The position numbers and the translations under genes were made by a program. The notes below the pieces were generated by a model, which ran no database searches, was not told the origin of the DNA, and saw only the letters and a program-made list of their open reading frames with translations. Below, in pieces: positions 22,960-37,149 of a stretch of DNA of 64,000 nt (within the stretch, counting starts at the first letter, position 1; each line of letters opens with the position of its first letter). The DNA is from Mobula hypostoma (taxonomy: Eukaryota), in the NCBI RefSeq assembly GCF_963921235.1, contig NC_086097.1:72108001-72172000 (forward strand). The letters are read 5' to 3'.

Positions 22960-23545
22960 ACTGATGTAAAGATCATCAGTCTATAATTTGCCGAATTATA
23001 CTTGTTGCCCTTTTTAAACAAAGGAAAAGAATGGCTAATCTCAAATCTTGTGTTATCTTCCCTGTGGCTGAAGAGGAAACCAAGATCTCAGTCAAGGCCT
23101 CAGAAATTTTCTCCATTGGTTCCTTCACTCTTCTGGATTTTATCCCATCAACCTCTCCTTAATATCAACATGGCCTAGAATATCAACATACCCTTCCTTA
23201 ATCTCACTATTATCCATGTCCTTCTCCAACTCGATAAGGAGCATATATTTCCTCAAGCATAAACCCCTCCTTTGTCCTTAAGTGGGCCTACATTAGCTAT
23301 CCTCTTCCTCCTCTTATACCTACTTTTAATCTGTTTTGGGATTCTCACTAATACTGCTTGTCAATTAAATTTCACAACCCATTTTAGCCTTCCAAATTTC
23401 TTGTTTAAGTTCCCTCTTGCTTCTTTTATATTGCTCAAGTGCCTTGTCTGAACTCAGCTTCCTGAACCTTACATCTGCTTCCTTTTTATCTTTTTGATAA
23501 AATTGTAATATCTCTTGTCATCCAAGGTTCCCATGGTTCCCTTAA
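22960..23545 (-). mobile_element. Degraded CR1 LINE fragment
   Basis: Reverse complement of the NYR.I.L.SV and EPW..RDI segments of CR1 ORF2. Confidence 0.65.
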
Positions 23546-23549
23546 GGAA

Positions 23550-25252
23550 AAATATTTCCTGACAAATCCATTGGAACTCTTTGAAGAAATAAAAGCAAGA
23601 TAGACAAAGGAGAATTGGTGGATGTTGTATACTTGGATTTTCAGAAGCCTTTTGACAAGGTGCCTCATGTGAGGCTGGTATTACAGAAAAGCGACTAGCC
23701 TGGATAGAGGATTGGCTGATTGGCAAGAGGCAAAGAGTGGGAATAAAGTGATCTTTTTCAGGATGGCTGTCAGTAACTAGTTGTGTTTCACAGATGTCTG
23801 TGTTGGGACCGCTTCTTATTACTTTGTATGCCTACGATTTGGATGATGAAATTGATGGGCTTGTGACCAACTTTGCAGATAAGTGAAGGGGCAGGTAGTG
23901 TTGAGGAAACAGAGAGGCTCCATAAGGATTTAGACAGATTAGAAGAATGGGCATAGAGGTGACAGATGGACTACAGTGTTAGAAGTGTATAGCCATACAC
24001 TTTGGCAGAAGGAATACGAGCATAGACTATTTTCTAAACGGGGAGAAATTTAAAAACTCTGAGTTACATAGAACATAGAACATAGAATAGTACAGCACAG
24101 TACAGGCCCTTCGGCCCACAATGTTGTGCCGACCCTCAAACCCTGCCTCCCATATAAGCCCCCACCTTAGATTCCTCCATATACCTGTCTAGTAGTCGCT
24201 TAAACTTCACTAATGTATCTGCCTCCACCACTGACTCAGGCAGTGCATTCCACGCACCAACCACTCTCTGAGTAAAAAACCTTCCTCTATTATCCCCCTT
24301 GAACTTCCCACCCCTTACCTTAAAGCCATGTCCTCTTGTGTTGAGCAGTGGTGCCCTGGGGAAGAGGTGCTGGCTATCCACTCTATCTATTCCTCTTATT
24401 ATCTTGTACACCTCTATCAAGTCTCCTCTCATCCTCCTTCTCTCCAAAGAGTAAAGCCCTAGCTCCCTTAATCTCTGATCATAATGCATACTTTCTAAAC
24501 CAGGCAGCATCCTGTTAAATCTCCTCTGTACCCTTTCCAATGCTTCCACATCCTTCCTATAGTGAGGTGACCAGAATTGGGAGTCCTCATGCAGAATTAC
24601 CTTAAGGTTAATTTGCTGGTTGAATTGTTGGTGAGGAAGGAGAATGCTATGTTAGCATCCATTTCAAGAGGGTTGGAATATAAAAGTAAGGATGTAATGA
24701 TGAGGCTGTATAAGGTACTGGTGAGATCTCACTTGGAGTATTGTTAATAGTTTTGGGCTCCTTATTCAAGAAAGGATGTGCTTACATTGCAGAGAGTTCT
24801 GAGGAGGTTCCCAAGAATGATTGGGGAATAAAAAGATTATTACATGAGCAGCGATTGAAGGCACTGGGCCTGTACTTGCTGGAATTTAAAAGAATGAGAG
24901 GATAAAGCCTAGATAGAGTAGACGTGAAGAGGATATTTCCTTTGGTGGGGGAGTCAAGGACCAAAAGACACTGCATCAAAATAGAAGGATGTGTATATAG
25001 AACAAAGATGAATCAGACTTTCTTTCGCCAGAGGATGATAAATCTGTGGAATTTGTTACCACAGGTGGCTGTGGAGGCCAGGTCACTGGGTGCATTTAGG
25101 GTGAAGGTTGATAGGTTCTTGATTAGTCAGGATATGGGGAGAAGCAGAAGAACGGGGTTAAGAGGGAATTGAAACTGCCATGATAAAATGGTGGAGAGGA
25201 CTCGTTAGACTGAATTACCTAATTCTGTTCCTATGTCTTATGGTCTTATGGT
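23550..25252 (+). mobile_element. CR1 LINE RT and 3' portion, with a nested antisense CR1
   Basis: LTN.LE.FEE, VDVVYLDFQKPFDKVPH, FAD and IFPLVGESRT remnants. The tail is CTTATGGTCTTATGGT. Confidence 0.88.
24067..24580 (-). mobile_element. Young 5'-truncated CR1 3' end nested in an older CR1
   Basis: Clean minus ORF 24136..24549 (ALERVQRRF.RMLPGL..YSLERRRMRGDLIEVYKI..FFTQRVV.AWNALP). (ACATAGA)n tail at about 24066-24086. Confidence 0.93.
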
Positions 25253-25289
25253 TCCGGAACCTCGCTGTCTTTGCTCTTTGTTTTCACAA

Positions 25290-27000
25290 AAGCATACTTG
25301 ACCTTAACTCCCAATCTATTCCTCCAAGTTTCTTCCTCATACTAGCCTTCCTCCAATTTTGCAATTTAACCTAAAGACCTTTAAGTAAGGTCTTAGCCTT
25401 ATTTATAACTATCTTAAAACGTATAGAATTATGGTCACTGTTCCTAGAAGTATCCCTTATTGAAACTTTGATCATCTGGCCAGGCACATATCCCAATATA
25501 AAATCTAGTACAGCCCATCCCTCGTTGAACCATCTATATATTGTTTCAAGAAACTCTCCTGAATACACCAAATCAATTCTGCCCATCTAAATTCCCAGCA
25601 CTAAGAGAGTCCCAGTTAAAACTGAGGAAGTTAAAATCATCCAGTACAATAATCCTGTTGTTTTCACATCTTTCCATGGTCTATATGCATATCTGTTCAC
25701 CTATCTACTGCTGACTATTGGGAGGCTATGGTATAACTTCATCATAGTGATTCCATCTTTCTTATTTCTGAGTTTGCCCCATATGGCTTGTTGTATGAGC
25801 CCTCCAAGACATCCTCTCTTAGTGTAGCTATGACATAGTGTTGAGCTGTCTTTCTCCTTCTTTCTCAACCAAACCTCTGTTAATGTCTGCAACATCCTAG
25901 CTCCATGTATTAAACCAGGCCCTAATTACATTTGCTCTACTGTTACACTTCTTGCATGAAAATAAATATATCTCAGGCCACTAAACTGCATCATTAATTA
26001 TTCTGGCCCTGCCTGTTGTCCTGTTGAGTCTTATTTGACTTAACGTCTAACTTCTCCTCAATCACTCCACCTGCTGATTCCTGTTTCAGTTCCTATCTCC
26101 CTGCCACACCAGTATAAACCCTCCTGTGTAGCACTCATAAACTTCACCATGATATTAGTCCCCCACCCCCTGATTTTAGCCGCAACCTTTCCTTTTGGTG
26201 CAGATTCCACCTGCTCTGGAGAAAAGCCCAAAGGTTCAACTACCTGAAGATTCCCTACTCCCACCTCTAAGACCAGCTCTTTAGCCACAAATTTGGATGC
26301 ACTATCTTTCTATTGCTACCTTTGCTTGTACATGGCCCTAGGAGGAAACCCAAGATTACAACCCCAGAGGTTCTGTTCTTCAACTTTCTACTTCACTCTC
26401 TCAATTTGCCATGCATCTTCTCCTCTCTCTTCTTACCTATGTAACAATATGGAGCAGGACCTCTGTCTGCTCAGCCTCCCTTTTCAAAATGTCTGTTCAG
26501 AGATATCCTTAACACTGGCACCAGGGAAGCAGCATACCATCCTGGAGTTTCGCTCATAGCTACAGAAATGCCGCCCCCCCCCCCCACCACCCCGTGCCCA
26601 TGACTATGGAGTCCCCTATCACTGTTGCTCACCTAGACCTTGACTTTCCCTACTGTACAACAGAGCCATTTGTGGTGCCTCTGATCCGGCTGCTGTTATT
26701 GCTTTCACTTGAGTGGATGCCTTTCCCCCCAACAGTATCCAAAACAGTTACAGGGGACTTCGGAATTACCTCATTGCCCATTCAAGTGATTACCCATCTA
26801 TCTGGCTGAATCTGTGATGTGACCAACTTTATGAAAGTCTATGCACCTTCTGCCTCCTATATGTTCCTCAGTGAGCCCAACTGATCCATGTAGTCTGAGG
26901 AGGATACACTACTTGCAAATGCAGTTGTCAGGGACAACTGACTTCACCCTGGTCTTCCTCAGCTCATAGAGGGAGCATGCTACTCTCTACTGACAGTTAT
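25290..27000 (-). mobile_element. Degraded CR1 5' half (endonuclease and ORF1 remnants)
   Basis: Minus-strand SDHNSIRFKI and IW..LRNKK..IT...Y motifs, plus an ORF1 remnant near 26500-26620 (IGDS.V and C.PGA-type motifs). Confidence 0.7.
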
Positions 27001-27249
27001 TTCTTCTTCTGGAGTTAGAACTGGGTTAAAAGAAAGGAAGAGGAAAGACAGAACATTGACATAATGGGTCCTGTCCTGTGCAAGACACCTTGATAAAGTC
27101 TCATTGGTCAAATTTTCTGTTCTTAGACCTCAAGCACAGCCCTTCCGCCGCAAAACAGCCAGTCTCAAAAATTATTTAAAATTATTTGAATAGCATTTAA
27201 ATATCGCTGACTCATTTTTGTCAAATGTGCTCGAGTTTTTATTTATTTC

Positions 27250-27552
27250 ATTTTCTTTAAAGATACAATGTGGAAGAGGTCCTACCCGCCCCCCCACAAC
27301 CCCCATGCCCAATGAACTGCACCACCCAGCAACCCACTCATTCGACCCCTGCCTAATCACAGGACAATTTACAATGAGTAATTAATCTAATAACCAGTAC
27401 GTATTTGGACTTCGGATGGAAACCAGAGCACCAGGAGGAAACTCACACACTCACGGGAAGGATGTACAAATTCCTTACAGAGGACATTGCAAATGAACTC
27501 CAAACCCCAAGACACCAAGCTGTAAGAGCATCGTGCTAACTCATATGCTACT
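27250..27552 (-). mobile_element. V-SINE (HE1-like)
   Basis: The reverse complement contains the V-domain (GGAATTTGTACATCCTTCCCGTGAG..GAGTTTCCTCCTGGTGCTCTGGTTTCC..CCGAAGTCCAAA). Confidence 0.8.
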
Positions 27553-28148
27553 CTGTAGACAATGCCTCGTGGGCTGAGTCACTCTGCGGAACCAAAACCG
27601 CAAATGCTGCAGACACTCAGCAGGTTAAATTGCATCGGTAGAAGGAGAAATAGTCAGCATATCATGTCTGTAACCTTTCCCCAGAAGTAGGGCAGAAAGA
27701 GATTTCAGTTTGTTTTCATTAGCAGAGGACGTTGGGAAGGAGTGTGTGGAACAAGGGATGAATCAGAATAAATCAGTACATTAAACAATGCAGAACCTCT
27801 GGACCTCAGGATTGGTCCTGGGGTGCTGCAGGTTAAATTGTCTGACCTTCTGTATCCAGAGAATATGAATGCTTTTAGGAAATATTGGGCTTTAGAAAAT
27901 GTCAGGCCCAAAACTGCCAGCTCATGATGTATTGTGTCAGGTGATCAGATCTCTCAGGTCAGAGGACAGAATATACTCAATAGAATTTATACAGCACTTG
28001 TGAAAATTGATTAAGTGGGATAAAAATCTGACATATCTGTTTCCAAGACCACTAATTCCAATTAAGTGACATTTTTTCCATTTTCCATTTTCTTCCATTT
28101 TTATTTAAATCATATAACAGAGCAGCTGAGAGCTGGTTTGAGAGGGTT

Positions 28149-28520
28149 TGTCATGATATGCGCTGGCAAAGACTGAACCCAGGTGTGGAGGAAAGACTGA
28201 ACCCAGGTGTGGAGGAAAGACTGAACTCCCATGTAGAGATGGAAACAACAGTTTATCCATAGAAATTCCTGCAGAACATCTGTGGCTCCACCGAGTGACA
28301 CTGCGAGACAAATCATTCTCAAAACAAGGATCCTGCGATGAGCCCTAATCAGGAGTGCACTTTAAATAATCACAGTCAAAATAAACTTGACAGCATTAAA
28401 CAGAAAGCACAAGTGCTTACCAATTCTAGTTGAGACAAGAATTAGCAAACACCGGTGCTCTAGAAATCTCAGAGCCCAACGCTCTCCGGCTCACTGCACA
28501 GGCCCACGGGGCTTATGACA
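28149..28520. mobile_element. Solo LTR with 5-bp TSD GGGTT
   Basis: TGTCAT...ATGACA termini. GGGTT at 28144-28148 and 28521-28525. Internal 24-bp tandem duplication. Homologous to 42585-42935. Confidence 0.88.
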
Positions 28521-30228
28521 GGGTTAGCAGTAGGCCAGCACAAGAGGTAGCTAGCAACCCCTTTTCGACTGTATGCGGGTGATAAGGAGTGGAAAGCCTG
28601 GGCTGATGTTCCCAGAGACGACCGAGTGGTGTCCAAGGAGGTGATGGTGAGCAGCAGCACAAAGTTGCGAGGAGAGAGGCTGATGATTATGCCTTGCTTC
28701 ATAAAGACAACAGTAACTCAGCTCCTGAAGCCGGAAGATATTTATTAATGTTGCCAAACCCTGAGTGTGTTCCATTACTTTTTGGCTGTGACAGGTGTCC
28801 CTACATTTTCACCAATTACAGGCCCCACTGTGTTAGGAAAATACTTTCACTTGATCCGACCCCTGACTTTGAACGAGACCATGAAAGTTTGAGGTGGGAT
28901 TTTTAATTTCATCCAAATTGTTCAAAAGAGGAAGTTTGTTAACGAATTACGGTTCAGACAGGAATGACTCTGAGGAGATTGTCGATAAGAAAACATTGCA
29001 AGTAAAGCATAACCTAGCTTTGCAAGCAGCTATTAATTAGGAACAAAGAACAAGTAAACAGTATTTCAACCCATCTATGTTGTTTCTCCATCCAGTCAAT
29101 CATGGCTATTCTATAACTCAAACCCATTCACACAACTTTGCTCTGTAGCGCTCAGCAGATTTGTCTCAGAACAGAAATCATTCATCATATTCAGTCTCAA
29201 ATTTACAGTATTTCAGATCTCTGTTGCCCTCAATTTGCAGAAACACAAACTGGAAATTTCCTTCAGTCTTGGGCAAATTGAGCACAGCAGGTAACTGGAC
29301 CTCACTGACCTTGTGCTCACATATTTCATTGGATTTCTTCTCTCCTTTCAGGTATGTGACTCTTCCTTCTGTGAACACTTCTGTATTTTTCACATGTTAC
29401 TTTTTGTCTGTATACTTGGTTCCTGACACGGTAAAATAGCACTCCTCTGATTCACAATTTGATTGGAAAATCTGCTGAGATTTTTGAAATAATCTTTTTG
29501 CTCCAATCTCCGGGATCATTCAAAGGAGATGAAATTTTACTATTATACTGGAACCAAAATGTTTAATATTAAGTAGAATGTATCTAATTGAGATTGGTAT
29601 CTTTATTGTAAGTCTAGATTTTCACCAAGACTCATATCTTTCCTTTAGCAAATTAATTTTCTATTGTTCTGACCGCTGAAGCTACTATAAATAGTGATAA
29701 ACCATTACCAATGCTTATTCTGATATAGGTTGGCAGTGTCTTTGTCTTCTTCCTAAAATTATCCTTGCATTTTAATCAACATACATTCTGCTGTAGTTTG
29801 AATGCCTCACTTTTAAAAAAAGTATTCATTTATCCTCTGTCAACTGATATCACCTACCTCAATTCCTAATACTGAGTTATTACACTTCACAAGCCAACAC
29901 CTAGTTAGGAGGCCATTTGAACATCTCCTTGACTGTCTTAATGCATTGTGGTCTGTACTTGGTCTTTGTGGGTATACAAGTATTTTAGACCTGCTTATCT
30001 ACAATTCATAGCTTTGCTGAGATAACAAATATTTGTGAACTATTATCACACAAATGTGTCTATTCGCCCTCTGCAGTGTGACAACTTGAATTTGTTTTAC
30101 CATTGGGTAAATTGTTTTAATATTGTCCCATGTACTGAGATACAATGAATCCAGTTCCTACAGATCATTTCATTACAATGGAGCACTGAGGCAGTCTGAG
30201 TTAAAAATAATAATAGAATATAGAGTAA

Positions 30229-30787
30229 TGTCATAGTCCGGTCCATGAAGTCCGCATTTTGGTTCATGGACTGGTCCATCGATCCTTATTCCAGGTTTTC
30301 TGGTTTTCCTTTGTTCTGTTGGATGCTCTAATTGAGGCACATGATTCTTGTCTAGGCAGACACATAAATACCTCCGGAGACGAGGGGTTGGCTGCTGGAT
30401 TGTTCCTGTCAAAACTCCCTGTCTGAATCCCTTCTTGGCCCCTTCCTCCTGAAGCCGAGCTGTACCTCGTCCTGTCCAAGTCATGGCTTTGTGTTCTCGT
30501 CCTGTGCAAGAGTCTCATGTCCTGTTCCGTAGCCACGCCATGTCCTCGCCTAGTTCTGGGGTCCGAGCCTGAGTCAAGACCCAGGTTCTGGGTCCTTGTC
30601 CAGTCTCTGGCTCGGAGTCCAAGCCCAGGCTCCTAGTTCCCAGTTCCTTGTCCGGGTTCCGGGTTTATTAGCCAATGTCCAGCCCAAGTCTGTGTTCTTG
30701 TCCCAGCTCTCAAGTCAAGTCCTGTTCCTAGTATTTCAGTGTTTGTGTCTTGCATTTGGGTCTGCCACCATCACCCACCTTATAACA
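30229..30787. mobile_element. Solo LTR with 5-bp TSD AGTAA, inserted in a Rex1 3' UTR
   Basis: TG...CA termini. AGTAA at 30224-30228 and 30788-30792. The flanks rejoin into a minus-strand Rex1 3' region (about 30090-31010). Confidence 0.88.
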
Positions 30788-31239
30788 AGTAATGTCTTAC
30801 AGTTATGGAGAAAGTGCACTGCAAGTAGACAATAAGGTGCAAGTATATTGCAGGTAGTCAAGAGTCCATCTTATTGTACTAGGGAACTATTCAATACTTG
30901 TAAAACAGTGGGATAGAAGCTGTGTTGAGCCTGGTGATATGTGCTATTAGGCATTTGTGTCTTCTGCCTGGGGTGGGTGGGGTCATTGATTATGCTGGCT
31001 GCTTTACAGAGGCAGGCTCCTGATCCCGCATGGAAAACTTCAATCAACACTGAACTGATTCCACAACCTATGGTCTCTGAATTTTGCAGACCAATTGTCT
31101 GTCTTTCTAGTAGTTTCTCATTGATTCTGATGCATTTCTTTAACCTACTGTGAATGCCTGCAAGAAAATGAATCTTGGGGTAGTATATGGTGACATACTG
31201 TATACATAGTTGGATAATCAATTTACTTTGAACGTTGAG

Positions 31240-32900
31240 TACTTGGAGGGGAGGCTGGTTTTGTTCACGCTCAGCAACTTGAAGTTCTCAACCCTCTCCA
31301 CATCAGCACTGTTGACATAAATAAGGGCATATGTATCGTCCACTTCCTGAAGTCAATGACCAGCTCTTTTGTTTTGCTACCATTAAGAGAAAGGTTCTCA
31401 TGAGACTATGTCACTAGGCCCTCTGTCTCATTCCTGTCCTGTGACTCAGTGTTATTTGAGAAACGACCCATGATGATAGTAGCATCAGCAAACTTGTAGA
31501 TGTAGTTGGAGCAGAATCTGTCACTGCATTGATGAGCATATAGAGATTAGAGCATGGGGGATGAGGTCACAGCTTTGTGGGGCACCAGTGTTGAGGATAA
31601 TCCTGGCAGAGGTGTTGCTGCTTATCCTTACTGATGGTCAGGAAGTCGATGATCCAATTGCAAAAAGCGGTGTTGAGTCCCAAGTCTAGGAGTTTGGAAA
31701 TGAGCTTGCATTGTTTGGAAAGCAGTGCTTTAGTCAATAAATCTAATGTAACACAGGTTTCTTTACTGTCCTGATGCTCCGGTGCTGAGTGTAGAGCCAG
31801 GGAAATGGTCTCTGCAGTAGGCAATTGCACTACGTGGAGGCTGTCTAGGAGTCTGGAGTTCATGTGTGCCAGGACTAGCCTATTGAAGCACTTCATGATG
31901 GCGGATGCTAGAGGGTGTCACTGCTTGAGCATTAAGATACGTTACCATGTTTTTCTTGGGTACTGGAACACTAGTGGCCTTAAAGCTGCTGGGAACCTTA
32001 GATTGGAGCAGGAATAAGTTCAAAATGTCTGCAAATAGCCCAACCAGCAGATCCACACAAGATCTAAGGACATGACTAGGGACATCACTAGGCCAGGTGC
32101 TTTCTTCAGGTTCACTCTCTGGAAAACTAATCTTGCATCTGCAATTGTGACTGTGGGTTGAGGGGCATTGGAGGCTGTTTGGTTGCGGGGTGACATTTTA
32201 ATCCCCTTCTGTTCTAAACTTGCATAGAATGTGTTAAGTTCATCAAGAAGAACTGAAGCATTGCCTGCCTTTGTTTTGTAACCCGTTATGTCATGTATTC
32301 CCTGCCACAATTGACAGCTGGTCTGCAACTTGATTTTGGACTGGTTTTGGCTCTTGGTATCTCCAATGGGTTTGCAGAGGTTGTATCTCAATTCCTTATA
32401 AAACTCCTCAACAGACTTGCTTGTAAACTCTGTGATGGACTCACCTGGCTAGCCACTGAGTCTTTAAACATGGATTAGTCTAGTGACTCAACGCAGTCAT
32501 GTAAAAACTCACCATTTCCTCAGGCCAGCACAATACAATTTTCTCTGCTGGATTACCGTATTGCAGTTTCTGCTTGTTTGCAGGGAGAAGGAGCACAGCC
32601 TGGTGATCTCATTTACCAAAGTGTGAGAGTGAGCGGGATGTTTCGGTAGGCATCTTTGATAGTTGTGCACCAATGGTAACATACTCTTGGGGTCACCAAT
32701 GATGAAAAGGTCCTCAGGGTATTCGATAGAACACAGTTCTTTGAGTCCAGGCTTCACATCCACTTGGGGTGGGATGTAAATTGCCATCAGGATGGCTGAA
32801 GTGAACTCCAGTGGTAGGTGTCAGGGGTGACATTTCACTGTTAGATATTCCAAGCTGAGTAAACAGGAACTTGCTAGGACCAACACACCTGAGTACCACA
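31240..32900 (-). mobile_element. Degraded Rex1/Babar LINE (endonuclease to RT)
   Basis: Minus ORFs show AIYIPPQ, LWQGIH.ITGYK, DELN.FYA, MKCF.RLVLAH and CNWI.DFL. Confidence 0.85.
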
Positions 32901-34539
32901 AGCAAGAGAAAGCCAGACTAGAGAGTGCCATCTTCCAAATTAAGTGGATGCTTCCACGTAACAGTGGAAAAATATTTCCAGAAGAGAAACAAACAGTTTA
33001 AAAATTCAAAACATCAAAAAGGTCCTGCATAGGAGTACTGGGAGACACAGTAAGCTGTACGCCTTCATCAAATAATGAGTTGTACAAATCAAGATCAACA
33101 CCATCTTCAAAAGCATGTTTTAAATGACACTGCACTGATAACTGTGCATTTTCTGCCATGCAGTTCTGAGTTTAAACTAAAAAAAAAGTAAGTGTCTTTA
33201 GTGAGGAACCTGATGACTAATTCTATAGGTTAAAATGAATCAGTTTTAATGTATACCATACTATTAAAGATAGCGCACACATTGAATCAGTTGCAAAGAA
33301 CAGATGTTCAATTGCACTTTAGACATTGGGGAATGTTCTGGCTAGCACTGAATACCAGCTAGCATCCTAGTTTTTACGCTGGCTGCTTGCTATCTGGATT
33401 TGCTTATAGTCTGGCTCCTTCCTTATTCATCGCACTACACCCAAGTCCTGCACATGATAACTTGAATGCTATATTGCATAATGGAGCAAGAGAATTGCTC
33501 TGAAAGGTCAGTATTGAAGACCTAAAGAATAAAGAAAATAAAGGTCAAGAGAGAAAAGCAGAAGTTATAAATGGAAACAGATGAAAGGAAGGGAGAGTAT
33601 GAAATGGGGAAGAGCCAGAGGTACAAGCGGAGATATACAGCAAAGATAAGGACTGACAGGAAGGAAAGAAAGCTACAATAACAGGGGGACTATGTGGCAG
33701 AAGAAGGCAACTGGAATGTTAGTGGAGTGAAAGAGACTTCCTTCCTCAACAGCTTCATCTTTGTCCATATGCCAATCCCACTTATGTTTGTACAATTCTG
33801 AAGTAATACAACAGCTCAGATATTTCACCAAGCATGTATCAGTTCCTCTTCTATACATAAATGTCTGTTTATATTATTTTCCACCTACTTCCCAAAAGAA
33901 TTTGTTATGCTGACTGCAAAAACCCCGTGGGGTTTCAAGCCTAATATTTTCAATTGGATTATGCATATGTTATTGGAATGAAATATTCTGTGCTGGATAT
34001 TTTGCATAAATTGATTTAACTCTGCATTGCCTTCAGCCAGCACCATGTACTGTATAGATTTCGTAAAATCAGAATTTTGTTCTACCACTAATCAGGGAGC
34101 AAATATTTGCTGATCCACTCGGCAGTTAGTAACTTATTACTGCACAGAATAATGCCATTCAGGCCATTGGGCTTATGCAGATTTACAGCAGAACAATGCC
34201 AATCCCATTTCCTCTTTTCCTGTACATCTGCAAATTGTCCTCTATGTCCATTTGCACTCTTGACTCTTTTGCTACTTACAGTGGCCATTTAACATACCAA
34301 CATACCTTTAGGACACCTCCGAAGGCCTTTCCACATTGACACTATTGGAGATCGGGATCAAATTTTGTTCACTGGAGCAGTGAGACTGTTGGATTTGGAA
34401 AAAGATGAAGATGATGGAATGCTTGGGAAGTCAGAGGCAAGCGGTGATGAAATTGTGAGGTAAAGGAGCATTATCGAGAAAATTAGAGTAAAAATAAATT
34501 TAGAGAGCAAATTCAGAATTTGGTAAATTAAATTGGTGA

Positions 34540-35030
34540 ATGGGTTTATTGTTGCCACCTGTACTGAGCTACAGTGAAACAGTTTGTTTTGCATGCCATG
34601 GTCACAGATTATTCAACACATCCGTACATTGAGGAAGTACAAGGGAAAAGCCATAGCCAGATGTAGAATAAAGTGTCGTAGTTACAGAGAGAGTGGAGTG
34701 CAGCCCAACAATAAGGTGCAAGGCCATGAAGAAGTGCATTGTGGGAGCAAGTGTCCATCTTTGCATTCAAGAGGTCCATTTGATCTTCCTATAAGCCTTG
34801 AGCTTAGGGTGCATGCTTTCAGACTTCTGTATCTTTTGCCTGATGGGAGGGGTCTTTATTTTGGCTACTTTACCAAGGCAGCATGAGTTGTAGACTGTCA
34901 ATGGAGAGGGGTTTGGTTTATGGTGTGCTGATCAGCGTCCATAACTTCCTGTAGTTTCCTGTGGTCTCAGGCAAAGAGTTGCCATACCGAGCTGTGATGC
35001 ACCCAGATAGGATGCTTTCTGTGGTCTATC
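34540..35030 (-). mobile_element. Rex1/Babar 3' end remnant
   Basis: Reverse complement of LPSGKRYRSLKA.T plus a family-typical 3' UTR. Confidence 0.7.
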
Positions 35031-37149
35031 TGGTGAGCTGGTCATTCAGAAAAACTCCTTGACACAAAGGGTATGAATCTTTGGGATCAGTAACTGAGCT
35101 CAATAGATTTTTGAGCAAGTATGAAAGGATATAAGGCCAAGGCAAGAAATGTTGAGCAGGTCTGGAAGTTCAGCACTGACATTAGCTAATTTATTTTCAA
35201 TTCTCACAACATACTAACAAAGACTAGTTCAATGTTCAATGTTGTCACCTTGCCAGAAAACTATATTAAAACACTTAAAGATACTATTCTGTAAGATTAA
35301 AGCATTTTAAGTGTTGCTTCCTTTTCTACACCCTCATCACCCCCTACCAACCCAAGCAATCCCCTCTCCATTCAGAGTAGTTTCATTGGTGCTAAAGCTA
35401 CCTTAATGCTATTTGCCTAGCACCAGCCCAAATACAATATTGTTTCTAATAATTACCATACTGAATATGAATCATTTCCTTACCCTTGTTTCTTTCACTA
35501 TGTGATAAAACTGAATGAGGAACTAAAAAGCAACATGCAATTTTCCACTTGAACTGAAGAAGTAGCTGTGATTGCTTACTGCTACAAACAGATAAACACT
35601 CTCCAGTGAATTATTTAAAACAGAAAGTTTCAAGAATGGCTGTGGTTTTGAATTCCACTTCAGTAAATGGGATCCTCGGTCAATGACAAATTGAAAGAAT
35701 ATGTATGTTCAGTTTAAAACCTGCCCTTGTTTGCTGGTCTTTTCATCTTTCATTAATTTCACACTTTCTCCAGTCACTTTCACTGGTGAGCAAAACCATG
35801 GCTGTGATTAAGCAATAACACTGTAAATAAAAACAGAAAGTACTTAGCGACTCTGACATTACTTGTGAAGAATGGTGCACAATTAGCACTTCAAGATCAG
35901 CAAGTTTTCGTCATAACCAGACCAGATATATTAGGCTCAATTCCCTGCACAAATACTGCCTGACCAAGAAGTGCTTCAGCATTTTCTGTTTTCATTTTCG
36001 AGTTCAGGCATTGGCAATATCTTTGTTTTCGGACAATTAATTGGTCTCTAAGCAGGTGCAAACTGTACATTTGCTCAAAACAGCCGGTGCATTTACTGCA
36101 TTGCCGCTTTGCAAATGAGAGGAAGATGGAATTAATCTGGATGGGGGCCCACTGGTTGGTATGGTCATGGTGAGCAGAAAAGTCTACAACTCTACAATCT
36201 ACAGGGAGGCTTCATATTACTTGACCCACTGTCATTTCAATCATTACTCTTCCTGGCACCTCCACTCACCAAACCCAACACTGCCCAAGGAAGAAAACTG
36301 CTTACATCTTGGAGCCAGCGATTCTCACTTGCTATTCACCCCAAGAGGTCCCCATGTCTGAGAAACTTGCCAAGCAGCAGTGTTTTTTAATGTATTAGGT
36401 TCTCAACTGCATCGTAAGTGTTAGATCTAGCTATGTTAATGAATGTCCCATCCTTGTGGGCCACTAGTGCCAGTTTGTAACATGATGAGCAGAGCTCTTA
36501 ATATGCATATAATAGAGGGCTTTATCTTAAAATCTTAATCTTCTATCCCTTGGCTCAGTCCCTTTGAATTGAAGATAGTTTGCTTCCACTCTAGTTCATT
36601 GGGTTGTGGGGTGATTTATGAGACTACTATGGGATCACAATTGGGCAGGAGGTACCCAATGTAGTCCCTGATCATGGTGGCTGAGCAGGTGCTACACCTT
36701 GCCCAAGGATGACGTGCAGGCTGGCAGAGGGAAGCCTTTGATATAAGGAGGTTATAGTCTATGTTCTCCCATTATGGTCACAGGGAAAACATAAACTCCA
36801 TGGAGATAGCACCAGCGGACTGAAACCAGATCACAAGGTCTGTGAGATGGCATAACTACATGCTATCAGTATAGACCATGAACTTCATGGCATATCTGGG
36901 TCTCCATCTTCCTTGGACACAACACAATTTTTGCTAGCGCACTGAAGGCAGTAGTAAGTTTCATTACTGATGCCTGGCTTCTCTGGGAGATGGCTTCCTC
37001 ATTTTTTTCAGTCTCAGTGCAGATATTTGTTGACAGAGATCGAGCTATGTCGTAGCAACAGGTTAGTAGAAGACTTCTTCCTTTGTAAATGTTTATTACT
37101 AGGCCCATCCTTTTGGACACTTCAGAAAGTTGGTAACTGATGACTCAGA

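Noticed and set aside
28168..28227. 24-bp tandem repeat as a CRISPR array or coding repeat (RLNPGVEE x2)
   Set aside because: There are no spacers and only about 2.5 units. It lies inside a TSD-flanked solo LTR in eukaryotic DNA.
28070..28263. Acceptor-like tract plus open frame AAESWFERVCHDMRWQRLNPG as a host exon
   Set aside because: Most of the frame is LTR sequence starting at 28149, and there is no recognisable protein similarity.
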